Source: Girardia tigrina (Eukaryota). Taken from it: DNA of 64,000 nt. The notes beneath the pieces were generated by a model. The model was not told where the DNA came from and did not search any database. It was given only the letters and a program-made list of their open reading frames with translations. Each line of letters begins with the position of its first letter. Within the stretch, counting starts at the first letter, position 1. The stretch spans positions 5,103-69,102 of the forward strand of contig MQRK01241883.1 of assembly GCA_001938485.1 (NCBI GenBank), read 5' to 3'. Of the stretch, positions 11,501-22,417 are shown in pieces. A program made the position numbers and the translations under genes.

Positions 11501-14500
11501 TCAATTTCATAATTGAATTAAAATTTTTTTTTTAAAAATTGCCGAGTTCGTAAATTGGCGAAAATTTCCTAATTCACGAATACACGAATTCAGCATAACA
11601 TCTATACAATTGAAATACAAAAAATAATTTGCAATATTCAAATTTATTATTATATTATTACTGTAAAATAAGATGAATTTTTCGATTTACAAAAAAACTA
11701 TCTTATTCAAATAAATTAGATGATCCAATTAATTACACTCCCAATGATCTCCAGATCAAATCACATAATCGTCCAGATACTGAGGGGGTTTCCGTACAAG
11801 CATCGGTCACTCAGCGGAACCTGTAGCTACCTCTTGTGTTGTCGGTCCACTCATTTTGTCTTCACTGTCTGAAATGCGATCATCGGAATCCACTAATATC
11901 AGTTGTCGATTGTTCACTGCTCTTCTGATGTGGGATATATGTTTCGTGATTCCATCGTCGTCCAGCTCCATCCCAACTGTAGACTTTAACGATGTAATTA
12001 CATGCGGCCCAGTAATTATAATAGTAATTAACATAGTAATCAACATTCTCACCAATGCTGAACGGGTTTTTCTCCACAGCGTCAAACTCATCATTCAAGA
12101 TGCATTCCGTGATAAATTTGCATTCAACCTGACGCTTATCTCGAATCATTGGCAGTCGAGACTTGGCATGGAACATCAATTAATAGGGCCCGGTATCCCT
12201 GTGACCCGTCTTACTGTTGTACAAAAACACACATTCGCTGATCGACTTTGCAGATCTCGCCGCCATTGTCTTAATGGTGCGTATTCATTATCTTAATGAC
12301 CCGTGACATTCTCCCCTCTGTCGTTTCCCGACATGTTACAGTTTGCTTTTATATGGCCGACTTCTCCGCATTTAAAGCATTTAACCCTACACGTCTTCTG
12401 CATGTGTCCAAGTCGATTACAACAAATACATCGAAATTTACTGTTGGTCCCCGCAATCACTTCTTGATGATGTTGATGAAGCGATATCCTTTTGGCCAAG
12501 TTCACCACACTCTTGAAGGTGAATTCGACGTCTAATCTTGGCTGCACCTCTTTCTTTAATTGATCCGGTAAACTGTGAATAAATGTCATTGCACAAAACG
12601 CATCGATCGGATCCTGGTCCCCAACAACGGTCCGTATCAGCTGATTGATCTCGGCTGCCAACACGCCCAATCTGTCACCCGGGAGAATCTTCTTTTGACC
12701 AAGCAACATCCATGCGTCAAATCTCCCCAAACAAAACACTCGGCGCAACTCAATTGTGATTTCCTTGGCATTTCTCTGTTGATCCGGTGATAAGCCCTTC
12801 CACGTGTCGTATACCGGCCCGTCCAACAGCATGACCAAGCATGAGACTTCTTTTTCCATTAGCCCGTCTACCTCGATGGCAAACTCGAATCTGTCGATAA
12901 AACGTTCGACGTCCTCCCCACCATCAAATTTCTTCAAATTACTGATTGCTTTCATTGCCTCGATAGCTTGTAAAATAAGATGATTTTTTTTTCGATTTAC
13001 AAAAAACTATCTTATTCAAACAAATTAGATGATCCAATTAATTACAATTACGATACATTAATGATAAAAGTTTTAATTTTTATTTTTTACGAAAACTGTT
13101 TAGAATTAATTATTTGTGAAATCCTTAATTTGCAGAATTTCAAACTGATTTTAAGATTTAAAATTATCTGTTTTTTTAATTACTTTTCTGGAAATAATAT
13201 TTCATTAATTTATTTTTCAGAATGACTTAAAATTAATCCAAAAAATAATTATCTTTGGCTCTATATATTTATTTTAAAACAATTATTTTAAAAATCAATT
13301 ATTTCACAATTAATTTCATTTTAAGATTTTTTTACAAATAAAATTGAATTATTTTTGAAAATAACTTTAAATTTAATTAAAGATATTTATAATGGTTTAG
13401 AAAAACTTTTGATTTTAGATATTTTCTTATTTTAGAAATTCTTTATAAAAATTAATTTATAAAAATTTGAAAAATTTTTTATCCCTCGCAATAATTATAA
13501 AAAAATAAAATCAGTGGTTAGATGCTGGGCAACTTCCAGAATCTGCTGGCGAACGAGAAAGGTTTGAATACAATGTGCCACCATAGACATAGTGCAATCA
13601 TAAATCACCTATATAACAAGAGTTTGTTTCAGATGGTAATGACGTGAATGCTGAACACTACTGTTCCCAAGCCGAGCGAATGTATGATGTTTTAGTCCAC
13701 CGTTACAATATCATGATCAACAAAAGTGCGTGTTATAACATTACTATACAAAGCCCATTACAAGGCTAAAATGTCGTGTAATATGATTAAATAAGTTGAT
13801 GAAGTGGTACTCATTTGATACCTTGTCCATAATCCTAACCTTGAGCAATCAAATCATCTTTTTTTGCTTCATGAAATTCAAGAATTCTTTGTTTTAAAAG
13901 ACTATGAATTGATCTATGAATTGACAGAAATATAGACTAAAACTATAAATCATCATGCATTGTATTACCATTAAATTAATCAATGTTCTGTACTATCAAC
14001 CTGATAAAACTTTCTTGTAATAAATCTCTTTTAGTATAATTCAATGAAACATTACTTGTTAATCACCTGCGTAGCAACTGGTATCGAGTATGTGGTTAAT
14101 TTCAGAGTGATAACTTACAAATGAATGTCTACTGTAAAATTTATTCGCTGTTCGCTTATGTCCAACTTTGTTACCGTTCAATATAATGAGCTTTTAATGT
14201 TTGTTAGTAATTCACGCGAAATGTGAGATTGACATTTTAAAAAAATGCGAGAAATCGATTTCTTATATTTATGGGAATCAGTATCTCTCAGCTATAATAC
14301 TTCATAAAAAAATATTTATTTTCAATAGCTTATTAAAGTAAGTTTTATACCTGCTGGAATTCAATTAAAATATCTTTGATAAAAACAAACATTAATTAAT
14401 AAAATTTACAAAGGGAAAACATGATGGTAATTTATGAATATAAACAATACTCCTTATAAGAAGCAAAATATATTAATATATTTTTAAGGTATAGCCGTCA

Positions 14501-17500
14501 TCTTCAGGTAGTTTTTAAAATATTTATTCATTGTTTCATAAAGTAAAATAGTAATCATAGTGTTACTTAAAAACACTTAATAGATTGATAGAAAGGGAAA
14601 ATTAATTCTAGGATAATGAGATATTACTAATAATTTCTTACATATATTTCCAAATAGCTATTAAACCTAGCACACTATTTTAAACTATGTTAACCTAACT
14701 TCACTTTTAAGATTTTCTTGGTTTCCCAAATATTCTGCTAGCTTACATTTGATTTTGATCTTGAATCTATTTACAGAAACGATGGATATACCTTGAATTT
14801 AATAAATGTCTGGGAAACATTTTTATTGAAATCTTTCATAATTATATGATATAATTAATAAGATCTCGTGATCACAAAATTAATGAATATAGTAAAACCT
14901 CTCTTTAAATTTCCCTCTTTATAAGATGTAATTCTCTATAATGATTACTTTATTATTATAACTCGTCAGCATGGATGACAAAAATCATATTTAAGCGTTA
15001 TTTTGATATGATAAGTCAAAAACTTATTCTGGAAAAAAAGCAACTTTTCTTACAGAGAGGTAGTTTTCTTGGTCCCAAATAACTCCTTATATAGAGGTTT
15101 TACTGTAAATATTGTTTTATTAAGTATAATTTTTAAAAAAATTTTAAGTTAAACTATAATTACACAATTGGTATTTTACCTCATAAAACAGAAAAAAAAA
15201 ATTCTAAGATTTTTCATAATCAGACTACTCATCACACTTATTTCTCTCTCTGATGATTCATCAAACTTTCTTAAATATTAAAGTAAATAAAAATATTCTA
15301 ACTATTATATATACGAAATTCCATAACTTTTACAATAAAACTATTTTGATTTAAAACTTTTTATTACAATTACAGCTAACGAATAAATATAAATGCTAAT
15401 ATATATTTACTTGATTTAACATAATAAAAAACAAAAAAAAACATCTTTTAAGTAACCATTTATTATTCACAATTCATGACATGTTTCCTTTTTATCAGAA
15501 TATAATCCAGTGGATCATCCATTGAAAGAACAAATTTATCAAATTATAAAAATGAAACCAAAAAGGAATCTGTATCAAACATAGAATATTTGTCGAAATT
15601 CTGATTGGATAGAAATAACTTAAAACACTAAAAATATTTATTTTAAGAAACTAATATTTTAATTAATTAAAAATAAATACTAATATTTTTACTAATATTA
15701 TTTAACCATTGAATTCATCGAAGTTTTAATTTGTTTCTAATTTTCAAGTCGCTTGGTGAAAAGTAAGAAACTTTCCAATCCAATATGGGCCTTCATATCT
15801 GATTTCCTTTTCCGTGATGTTTGTGGTCAGTAATGTTTCCTTCTACCCATTGAAAACTTGATGAATCCGTTTTCTGTCATCATGTATTTGCAACCGAGTA
15901 AGTCACCGTTGTATTTCCTTACGCTGCTGTTCTGAATGAAGACTGCTCCATCTTTTTAAATATCCCGCGTGTCCCAAAATACTGTCCAAACAGTATTTCA
16001 TATGGACTCCTATCAATGGCACTCGGCAAAGTCGTATTAAATGAAAATCCAGCTTTTGGCAGTAAATCTTCCAAATCCAGTGACAATTTCTGACTGCAGG
16101 TTTTTGATTTTTTTGTATTTACCGCAATGTTATACGACTAAAGCATGTGTGATGTTATGAGTCATTCGAAAGCATTATTTATACTCTTTCAAATATATTT
16201 GTCTAAAACTTATTATAATGTTTCTTTTGTTAATAATTTCGATTTTAATTGCAGATGTTAAAACGTGATTTTTGCAAAATTTCTTCTACGAGTTCAAACT
16301 AGGACGTAATACAGCTCAAATCACTTGAAACATCAACGAAGTTTGGGACAAGGGAAGTGTATCAAAAGTTTCCTTCTGGCAATACCAGCCTGGAAGATGA
16401 GCCTCATGCCAGCCACCCATCGGCGATTGACAATGTCGAGCTGAAGGAGCTAGTGGAAGCCGATCCACGCACAACTGTTCGAACACTCGCAGAAGAGCTT
16501 ATCGTTGATCCCTCAACCGTCCCTCAGCACGTGAAGCAAATTGGAAAGTCAAATAGTTCGATAAATGGGTGCCTCACGAACTGAACAAAAGTAAAAAATG
16601 TCTTCCGCATTTCTTCTGCGCTACAAGAACGACCTATTTCTTGATCGGATTGTGACTTTTTATGAGAAGTGTATTCTCTACGACAAACGGCGACGTTCGA
16701 CACATTGGTTGGACCACGATGAGGTTTCTCGCCGCTTTCTGAAACCGAAACTCCTCCAAAAGAAGGCTATGGCTACTTTTTGGTGGTCTGTAGCTGGTCT
16801 CATCCATCACAGCTTTCTGAATACGGGTGAAGCAATTACCGCAGAGAAGTACTGCCCACAAATTAACAAAATAAATCACGAGCTCCGACGTATGTGCTCG
16901 AGATAGGTCAATATGAAGGGTCAATTCTCCTCCCCGACAACGCCCGGCCACACATCGCAAAACCGATCCTACAAAAGCTAAACGAATTGGGCTACGAAAC
17001 TCTGCCTCATCCACCCTAATCACTGGACCTCTCGCCCACCGACTTCCCTTTTTTCAAGCATCTGGATAACTTCCCCCAGGAAAAATGCTTCAAAATCCAA
17101 GACAACGCCAAAGTCGCCTTTAATGCTTTCATCGCATCCAGAACTCAGGATTTTGACACTAGGGGTATCAATTAACTTGTTTCTCGTTGGTAAAAATGTA
17201 TTTTTTTATTTCGATTAGTAAAGTTTATTCTGTGCTTAGTTACATTTGTTAAAAGTTTAGGTTCAAAATCCTGCATTGCTTTTGCAACAATCTAATATCA
17301 AGAATAGATTAGATTAACAAAATACATTTACGAAACATGTTTTTTGTTTAACTAAGCTAAATGAAAAAATAAACAATGTACAATTTTTAATTAGACAAAT
17401 AAATTTAATGTTTTTAATTTGTTTTTATTCAATTTGAGAGTCTGACATGGACCACAAATTCTAGGTAGCAAAACTGATGCCAACACCATTAGTGTCAATG

Positions 17501-20500
17501 GCCCACTCAACACTAACAAATGTATATTTAAACAATATTCTCATTTTCTAACTTACAGAATTATATTTTAAAACAGAAAGAACTGAAATAAAAATTAAAA
17601 AATAATAAATTTATCCCATTTAAAAATTGCAAATGAATGGAAAATAAAGCAAGAAAATTTATGTAAGAAAATTTCATCAGCAAATGAAATTTTACATGGT
17701 TCAAATCCTCAATTAAATTTGGTAGTCCAAGATTCCAAATTCAGGGATGAATCCACAAGCAAAATAAAAATTTAATAAATCATCCGTTAATGAAATAACC
17801 GGACCATCAGAGAAAACTATTTCAGAAAAGAAAATGATGGGTGCTTTGAAGAAACATGTCAAAATATAAATAATAAATAGTACTTGATGTCTATTTTTGA
17901 AACAATTCAAGAAAGTAATTTAGACTTTAATTAAGTTAACTTGAAAAAAATGTAATTTGATACCTGAACAAAAAGGGATTCCGTTTAATTTAGGTCGAGA
18001 AATTTTCAAATCTCCATTTTCAGTACACGTTGCCCTTAAAAAATCTGGTGCTTTAGTCAAGTTTCTTAAATTATTGTCAAAGAAGATTCGGAATTTTGAC
18101 TCCGGACATGATAATGTAATACTCATACCATTTTCATCGACTGATAATCCATACGGAAAGCTGCAATCGAAACCTAAAAAGCATTAAGAAATGTATTATT
18201 AAATATTAATAGAATTTCAAACACTTTATTGATTTAATAAATTTTATTTAGCTTAGCATTTCAGGTTGTAAAGAGTGTTTCATAGTTTTCAGAATGTTAA
18301 ATATAAACAAGCTTTTAAAAATCCAAAATGTATTCATTTTCTGAATCTGACTTTTGTCACTTAAAAATAGAGAATAAATGTCAGAATTCTGCAAAAAGAA
18401 CTTTTCAAGGCATTTGAGAACTTCTTACTTTAATTTTAGCATCCACATATATATATATATATATATATATAATGTATGGTAAAATCTATATAATAGGGAT
18501 AAAAATAAGACGACGCGTTTCAATACAATCAACTCAATTTTAGCCTTCCCATCAAATTTCCCAGATTTCCATTTGGTCAGACATTTCAGTCAAATTGCAT
18601 CGATGAGATTTCGGATTGTTTTGAGTTTGATGGGAAGGCTAAAATTGAGTTGATTGTATTGAGTGTGAGAAGTTTTATCTNNNNNNNNNNNNNNNNNNNN
18701 NNNNNNNNNNNNNNNNNNNNNNNNNNNNNNNNNNNNNNNNNNNNNNNNNNNNNNNNNNNNNNNNNNNNNNNNNNNNNNNNNNNNNNNNNNNNNNNNNNNN
18801 NNNNNNNNNNNNNNNNNNNNNNNNNNNNNNNNNNNNNNNNNNNNNNNNNNNNNNNNNNNNNNNNNNNNNNNNNNNNNNNNNNNNNNNNNNNNNNNNNNNN
18901 NNNNNNNNNNNNNNNNNNNNNNNNNNNNNNNNNNNNNNNNNNNNNNNNNNNNNNNNNNNNNNNNNNNNNNNNNNNNNNNNNNNNNNNNNNNNNNNNNNNN
19001 NNNNNNNNNNNNNNNNNNNNNNNNNNNNNNNNNNNNNNNNNNNNNNNNNNNNNNNNNNNNNNNNNNNNNNNNNNNNNNNNNNNNNNNNNNNNNNNNNNNN
19101 NNNNNNNNNNNNNNNNNNNNNNNNNNNNNNNNNNNNNNNNNNNNNNNNNNNNNNNNNNNNNNNNNNNNNNNNNNNNNNNNNNNNNNNNNNNNNNNNNNNN
19201 NNNNNNNNNNNNNNNNNNNNNNNNNNNNNNNNNNNNNNNNNNNNNNNNNNNNNNNNNNNNNNNNNNNNNNNNNNNNNNNNNNNNNNNNNNNNNNNNNNNN
19301 NNNNNNNNNNNNNNNNNNCCATCAAACTCAAAACAATCCGAAATCTCATCGATGCAATTTGACTGAAATGCCTGACCAAATGGAAATCTGAGAGAACGTT
19401 GTGTTCTCTCAACTGTACCAGGTTTGACACTGGGGAATATTGCAGGATAAGTTCGGAAAGTTAAACAATTTGGATTGAAGGAAACTATAAATATTTTTAT
19501 TACCATAATTTACTGCGGATAACCCGCACCCGTGTATAACCCGCATCTAAATTTTTGATAATTAAGTTTCTTTTGAAAATTAAGTTCCTTGTATAATATA
19601 ATTTTTTTCTGGCATTATTATTACTGGGGGTCTACAATGTGTGCAACATAAGTCAACTAAAAAGGTTTTATTCTACAGCTCCACAACGCCCGAACCCAAG
19701 ATTTGGTGATAGACACCAGAAAAGCAAACAGAGTGATCTCAACAGTTGTAATCCGAATAAAAGCTAAACAAATTGCAACCAAAAGAAATATTTCTAGTTT
19801 CGGTGGCAATAGTAAATTGTGCAATAGCTTTATGATGCGTAATAATGTCAATTCGAGCTCTCTTCAGTTAGACAAAATTTGCTCCAAGACTGGGAAGAGG
19901 AAATTGCGAGTTACAAGATTTATTTAGAACAAAAGAAAAAAGATGTTGAGTTGGCTCAAATAGGTTATATGGATGAAGTGCAAATGTGGTTAGATATTCT
20001 TATCAATTGAAAGGTTGATCCTATTGGCACCGAAGAAAATTTTTAGGAATAATATTTCTTATTTTGCTCGAACCAGTTATAAATAAAAATAATAAATTGT
20101 AAATATCGATTGAAGTGCTTTCTTTAATTGTATAAATTGGTTTTTATAATTTTAAAATTAATTTTATTATTTATTTTTCCGTTAAATTTTATTTCTACTT
20201 TAAACATTAAATTTCATTTTTGTTTCTAGTAACATAAAATTAACTTCATACTTAAATTTTAAATTTCATTTTTTTTCAATACGAGCTTTAATTTATTATT
20301 CTTTAAAATTTTACATTTGCCTTACTTTTCACTATGTTTTTAATTTAGTCATTTTAAAATTTATTCGATTTAAATTACAATATAGTTTTTCAACAACCAA
20401 TTTTAAAATCTCGTTTAATGACGTATTTTACATTTTTTACAAATATTAACTTTAAAAGTTAATAACTGAAATATATTAAAATATTTTAAATGTTGCGTTT

Positions 20501-21214
20501 TTAAAATTCAAAAATTTACTAACTCACCAAAATTCTAACAGATATGAAAGTAAACACTAATTACTTCACAAATGACAACAAATCAATTTAAATTGAATCT
20601 GATTTATTATTATTATGCAAACTATTTTAAATACGAGTGTTTGTCTAATAAAGATGGCCCCAGCGCATTGTGAGTATTATTCCTGACAAACTATCGATAT
20701 TTGGCATAGGACACTCTCATATTCTCAAATATTGATAGTTTTTAGTAAGGTCTTTTTAAATTATATCACCGAAGATTACAATTCCATCGTTCGTTTCTCT
20801 TTCCTATTGACTTTTGTTCACATGAGAACACAATTCAAATTATTTAAAATAATTTATCTGAATTTAAAACCAGTTATAAATAAAAATATTTAAATCAAAA
20901 TAAATGATTTTAATATTAATAATTCCAATTAATGATTCATGTTAAAAATTCATACAAATTCGAAATTGATAAAAAATATCCGAAAATATGTAAAAAAATA
21001 TAAAAGTTTAAGTCGATGAAAAAATACGAATTGTCTTTTTTTCTGTTGCATAAATACAATCTTTAATGAATCTATAATTAAATATTAATACAAAGAAACG
21101 TCTTTCGCCAATTAAAACAAAATATCCGCCATTACACAATAACAACAATCGTGTCTTACTTGAACAACCGTTAACGATTACCATGACGACTTCCAACAAT
21201 TGTATTAGTTTCAT
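8580..21214 (-). CDS. Putative single-pass membrane protein with signal peptide, Sushi/CCP-like modules and Thr-rich stalk (partial spliced model)
   Basis: Phase-compatible exons: 21214-21160 (MKLIQLLEVVMVIVNGCS, GTAAG donor); 19484 into the gap; 18173-17964 (phase 1-1, CSFP...TLSC...ATCTENG...PFC); 9313-9161 (CTVP...FYCIDSKW); 9115-8580 (VPTTTALMTTHTT, TM AIAVICAIICSILFLFVIILFISV, Tyr-containing tail). Exons between 17964 and 9313 not resolved; linkage of all exons into one gene is inferred. Confidence 0.55.
10130..10611 (+). mobile_element. Degenerate DNA transposase fragments, probably Chapaev3-like (CMC)
   Basis: Motif remnants YFGHPL..YKSWVPQKVCKT..FLLLW and HLDYF..NL.DLSEEHSE. Family assignment is from recalled motifs only. 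Confidence 0.5.
10612..11015 (+). mobile_element. Diverged family-A-like solo LTR
   Basis: TGTGAGGGGAAATTCGGAATG start, similar internal layout, ends GTTGTTAATA; no TSD match. Confidence 0.55.
11330..11500. repeat. Minisatellite of about 21-bp units
   Basis: Repeated TTTTC(T/A)TATTAAAT(C/T)GATATT units, bracketed by GCTGAATT (about 11303) and AATTCAGC (about 11587). Confidence 0.75.
11662..13046 (-). mobile_element. Internally deleted miniature Gypsy LTR element (76/78-bp LTRs, gag plus integrase tail)
   Basis: LTRs 11662-11737 and 12969-13046 (TGTAA...TTACA); ATTAC TSD; empty paralogous site at about 34790-34830. Confidence 0.9.
12293..12955 (-). CDS. Retrotransposon Gag with two CCHC zinc knuckles
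   Basis: Uninterrupted 220-aa ORF: KFDGGEDVERFIDRFE N-terminus, CICCNRLGHMQKTC and CFKCGEVGHIKANC; G GGA AAC heptamer in frame near the end. Confidence 0.88.
   Translation of the reverse strand: MKAISNLKKFDGGEDVERFIDRFEFAIEVDGLMEKEVSCLVMLLDGPVYDTWKGLSPDQQRNAKEITIELRRVFCLGRFDAWMLLGQKKILPGDRLGVLAAEINQLIRTVVGDQDPIDAFCAMTFIHSLPDQLKKEVQPRLDVEFTFKSVVNLAKRISLHQHHQEVIAGTNSKFRCICCNRLGHMQKTCRVKCFKCGEVGHIKANCNMSGNDRGENVTGH
13510..13975 (+). mobile_element. Highly degenerate mariner transposase fragment
   Basis: Remnants such as NAEHYCSQAERMY and PYNPNLEQSNHLF resemble the mariner YSPDLAPSDY region. Confidence 0.5.
14890..15105. mobile_element. pogo/Tigger-type MITE
   Basis: TIRs (T)AGTAAAACCTCT / AGAGGTTTTACTG flanked by TA. 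Confidence 0.65.
16095..17296 (+). mobile_element. Mariner element (cecropia-subfamily-like), transposase pseudogene
   Basis: KWVPHEL, FLDRIVT.YEK.ILY, DNARPH and PDLSPTDFPFFKHLDNF motifs across frameshifts; right TIR GCATTGCTTTTGCAACAATCTAATA; left TIR truncated. Confidence 0.9.
19501..20040 (+). mobile_element. pogo (POGK-like) element 5' fragment
   Basis: Terminus TACCATAATTTACTGCGGATAACCCGCAC shared with 49252; CENP-B HTH-like text IRIKAKQIA...CNSFMMRN and QIGYMDEV. Confidence 0.75.
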
Positions 21215-22352
21215 CGGTCGCGGGTTCGGTTGGAGTGAACTGAATGAAATGAATCGAGCATCGACTAGTTCGGTCCATCAATCATCTGTTAGTTATAACC
21301 GTTCGAACGATACACTCGCAAGACACACATACACCGTGCAGTGACGGAAACGAGTGGAAGTCAATCTATCTGTTGAGTAATGCGTTCGAGAATCGCTTCA
21401 CACATACATCAATGAATGTATTTCGTGTACCTTAACACTCCTTCACAATTAATCCTATGCTGCAGCTAACACTTCTCCTCAGTTAGTGTGCATCTACGTG
21501 TGCATGTGTTATGTGTGTATTTCATGTGTTTGCGTCTGATTGTTTATTTTTGAAATCACATATGAGAACTTTTATATATTACGATTGAAAAACGGTTAAT
21601 CCAGCAATGAAATTAGCACTTATGATTGAATTGATTGAATAAACCAATCGATCTGTTGAACTACGAATCTCAACCCCCCGGTTCCAGTACCGGTGTACTT
21701 TATAGTAAATAATTGAAAAATTCTGTATTTTATTTGTCGAATATGAATTATTTCGTTTTTTTTATTATTTATGAAATTTATTTAATCTTACAAATTAATT
21801 ACATGTATTTAATTATATCACTTGTATAAATATTGAAACTTCCTGTCTCTAATGTTTGGTTTTGTTTGAATTTATGTCGATTTTCAAGGAAAGTCTCACA
21901 AATTTTCCAGAAACAGAAGGAAAGATTTTTCTAAGGTTTCATAACATCCAATAGTAATTTATAAATGGAACGGGATTTAAAGAATTTATAATTTTACAGA
22001 AATATTCGAACAACGTTGGTGAGTTTGAGATGAAATAATTAGTGATTTGATTCGTGATAAAATCCGCCTCAAGTTTTTATATACGAGGGTTGTTTGAAAA
22101 TTTTACCACTTAACAATGAAACAAGCAATTTTTTACCGACAACGGTAAATAAAATAAATCTTTTCAAAACCCCATATAACAGTGGGCTGTACAAAAGTAA
22201 AAATAAAATACATAATTGAGAGAGTACATAACAAAAAAAAATCAGAAAGCCATTCAACACGTCATTACATATTCACAGAATACAGAAAGAGGTCACACTA
22301 GAAATAATATAAACTGTTGACAAAAGAAAGAACGGTATATGTTCTGTGAGGT

Positions 22353-22355
<3 letters not shown>

Positions 22356-22412
<57 letters not shown>
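22356..22412. repeat. Compound (CA)n(TA)n microsatellite
   Basis: Directly visible. Confidence 0.95.

Positions 22413-22417
<5 letters not shown>

Noticed and set aside
18520-19390. Inverted duplication around the N gap (18561-18661 is the reverse complement of 18520-18556 and 19319-19390)
   Set aside because: It abuts a scaffold gap and scrambles an apparent exon; most likely a fold-back chimera or mis-join. Long reads are needed before treating it as biology.
18586-19506. Long ORFs of 224-306 aa across N runs (also 27823-28159, 53561-53815, 56694-57461)
   Set aside because: Artefacts of translating Ns and (TA)n microsatellites.
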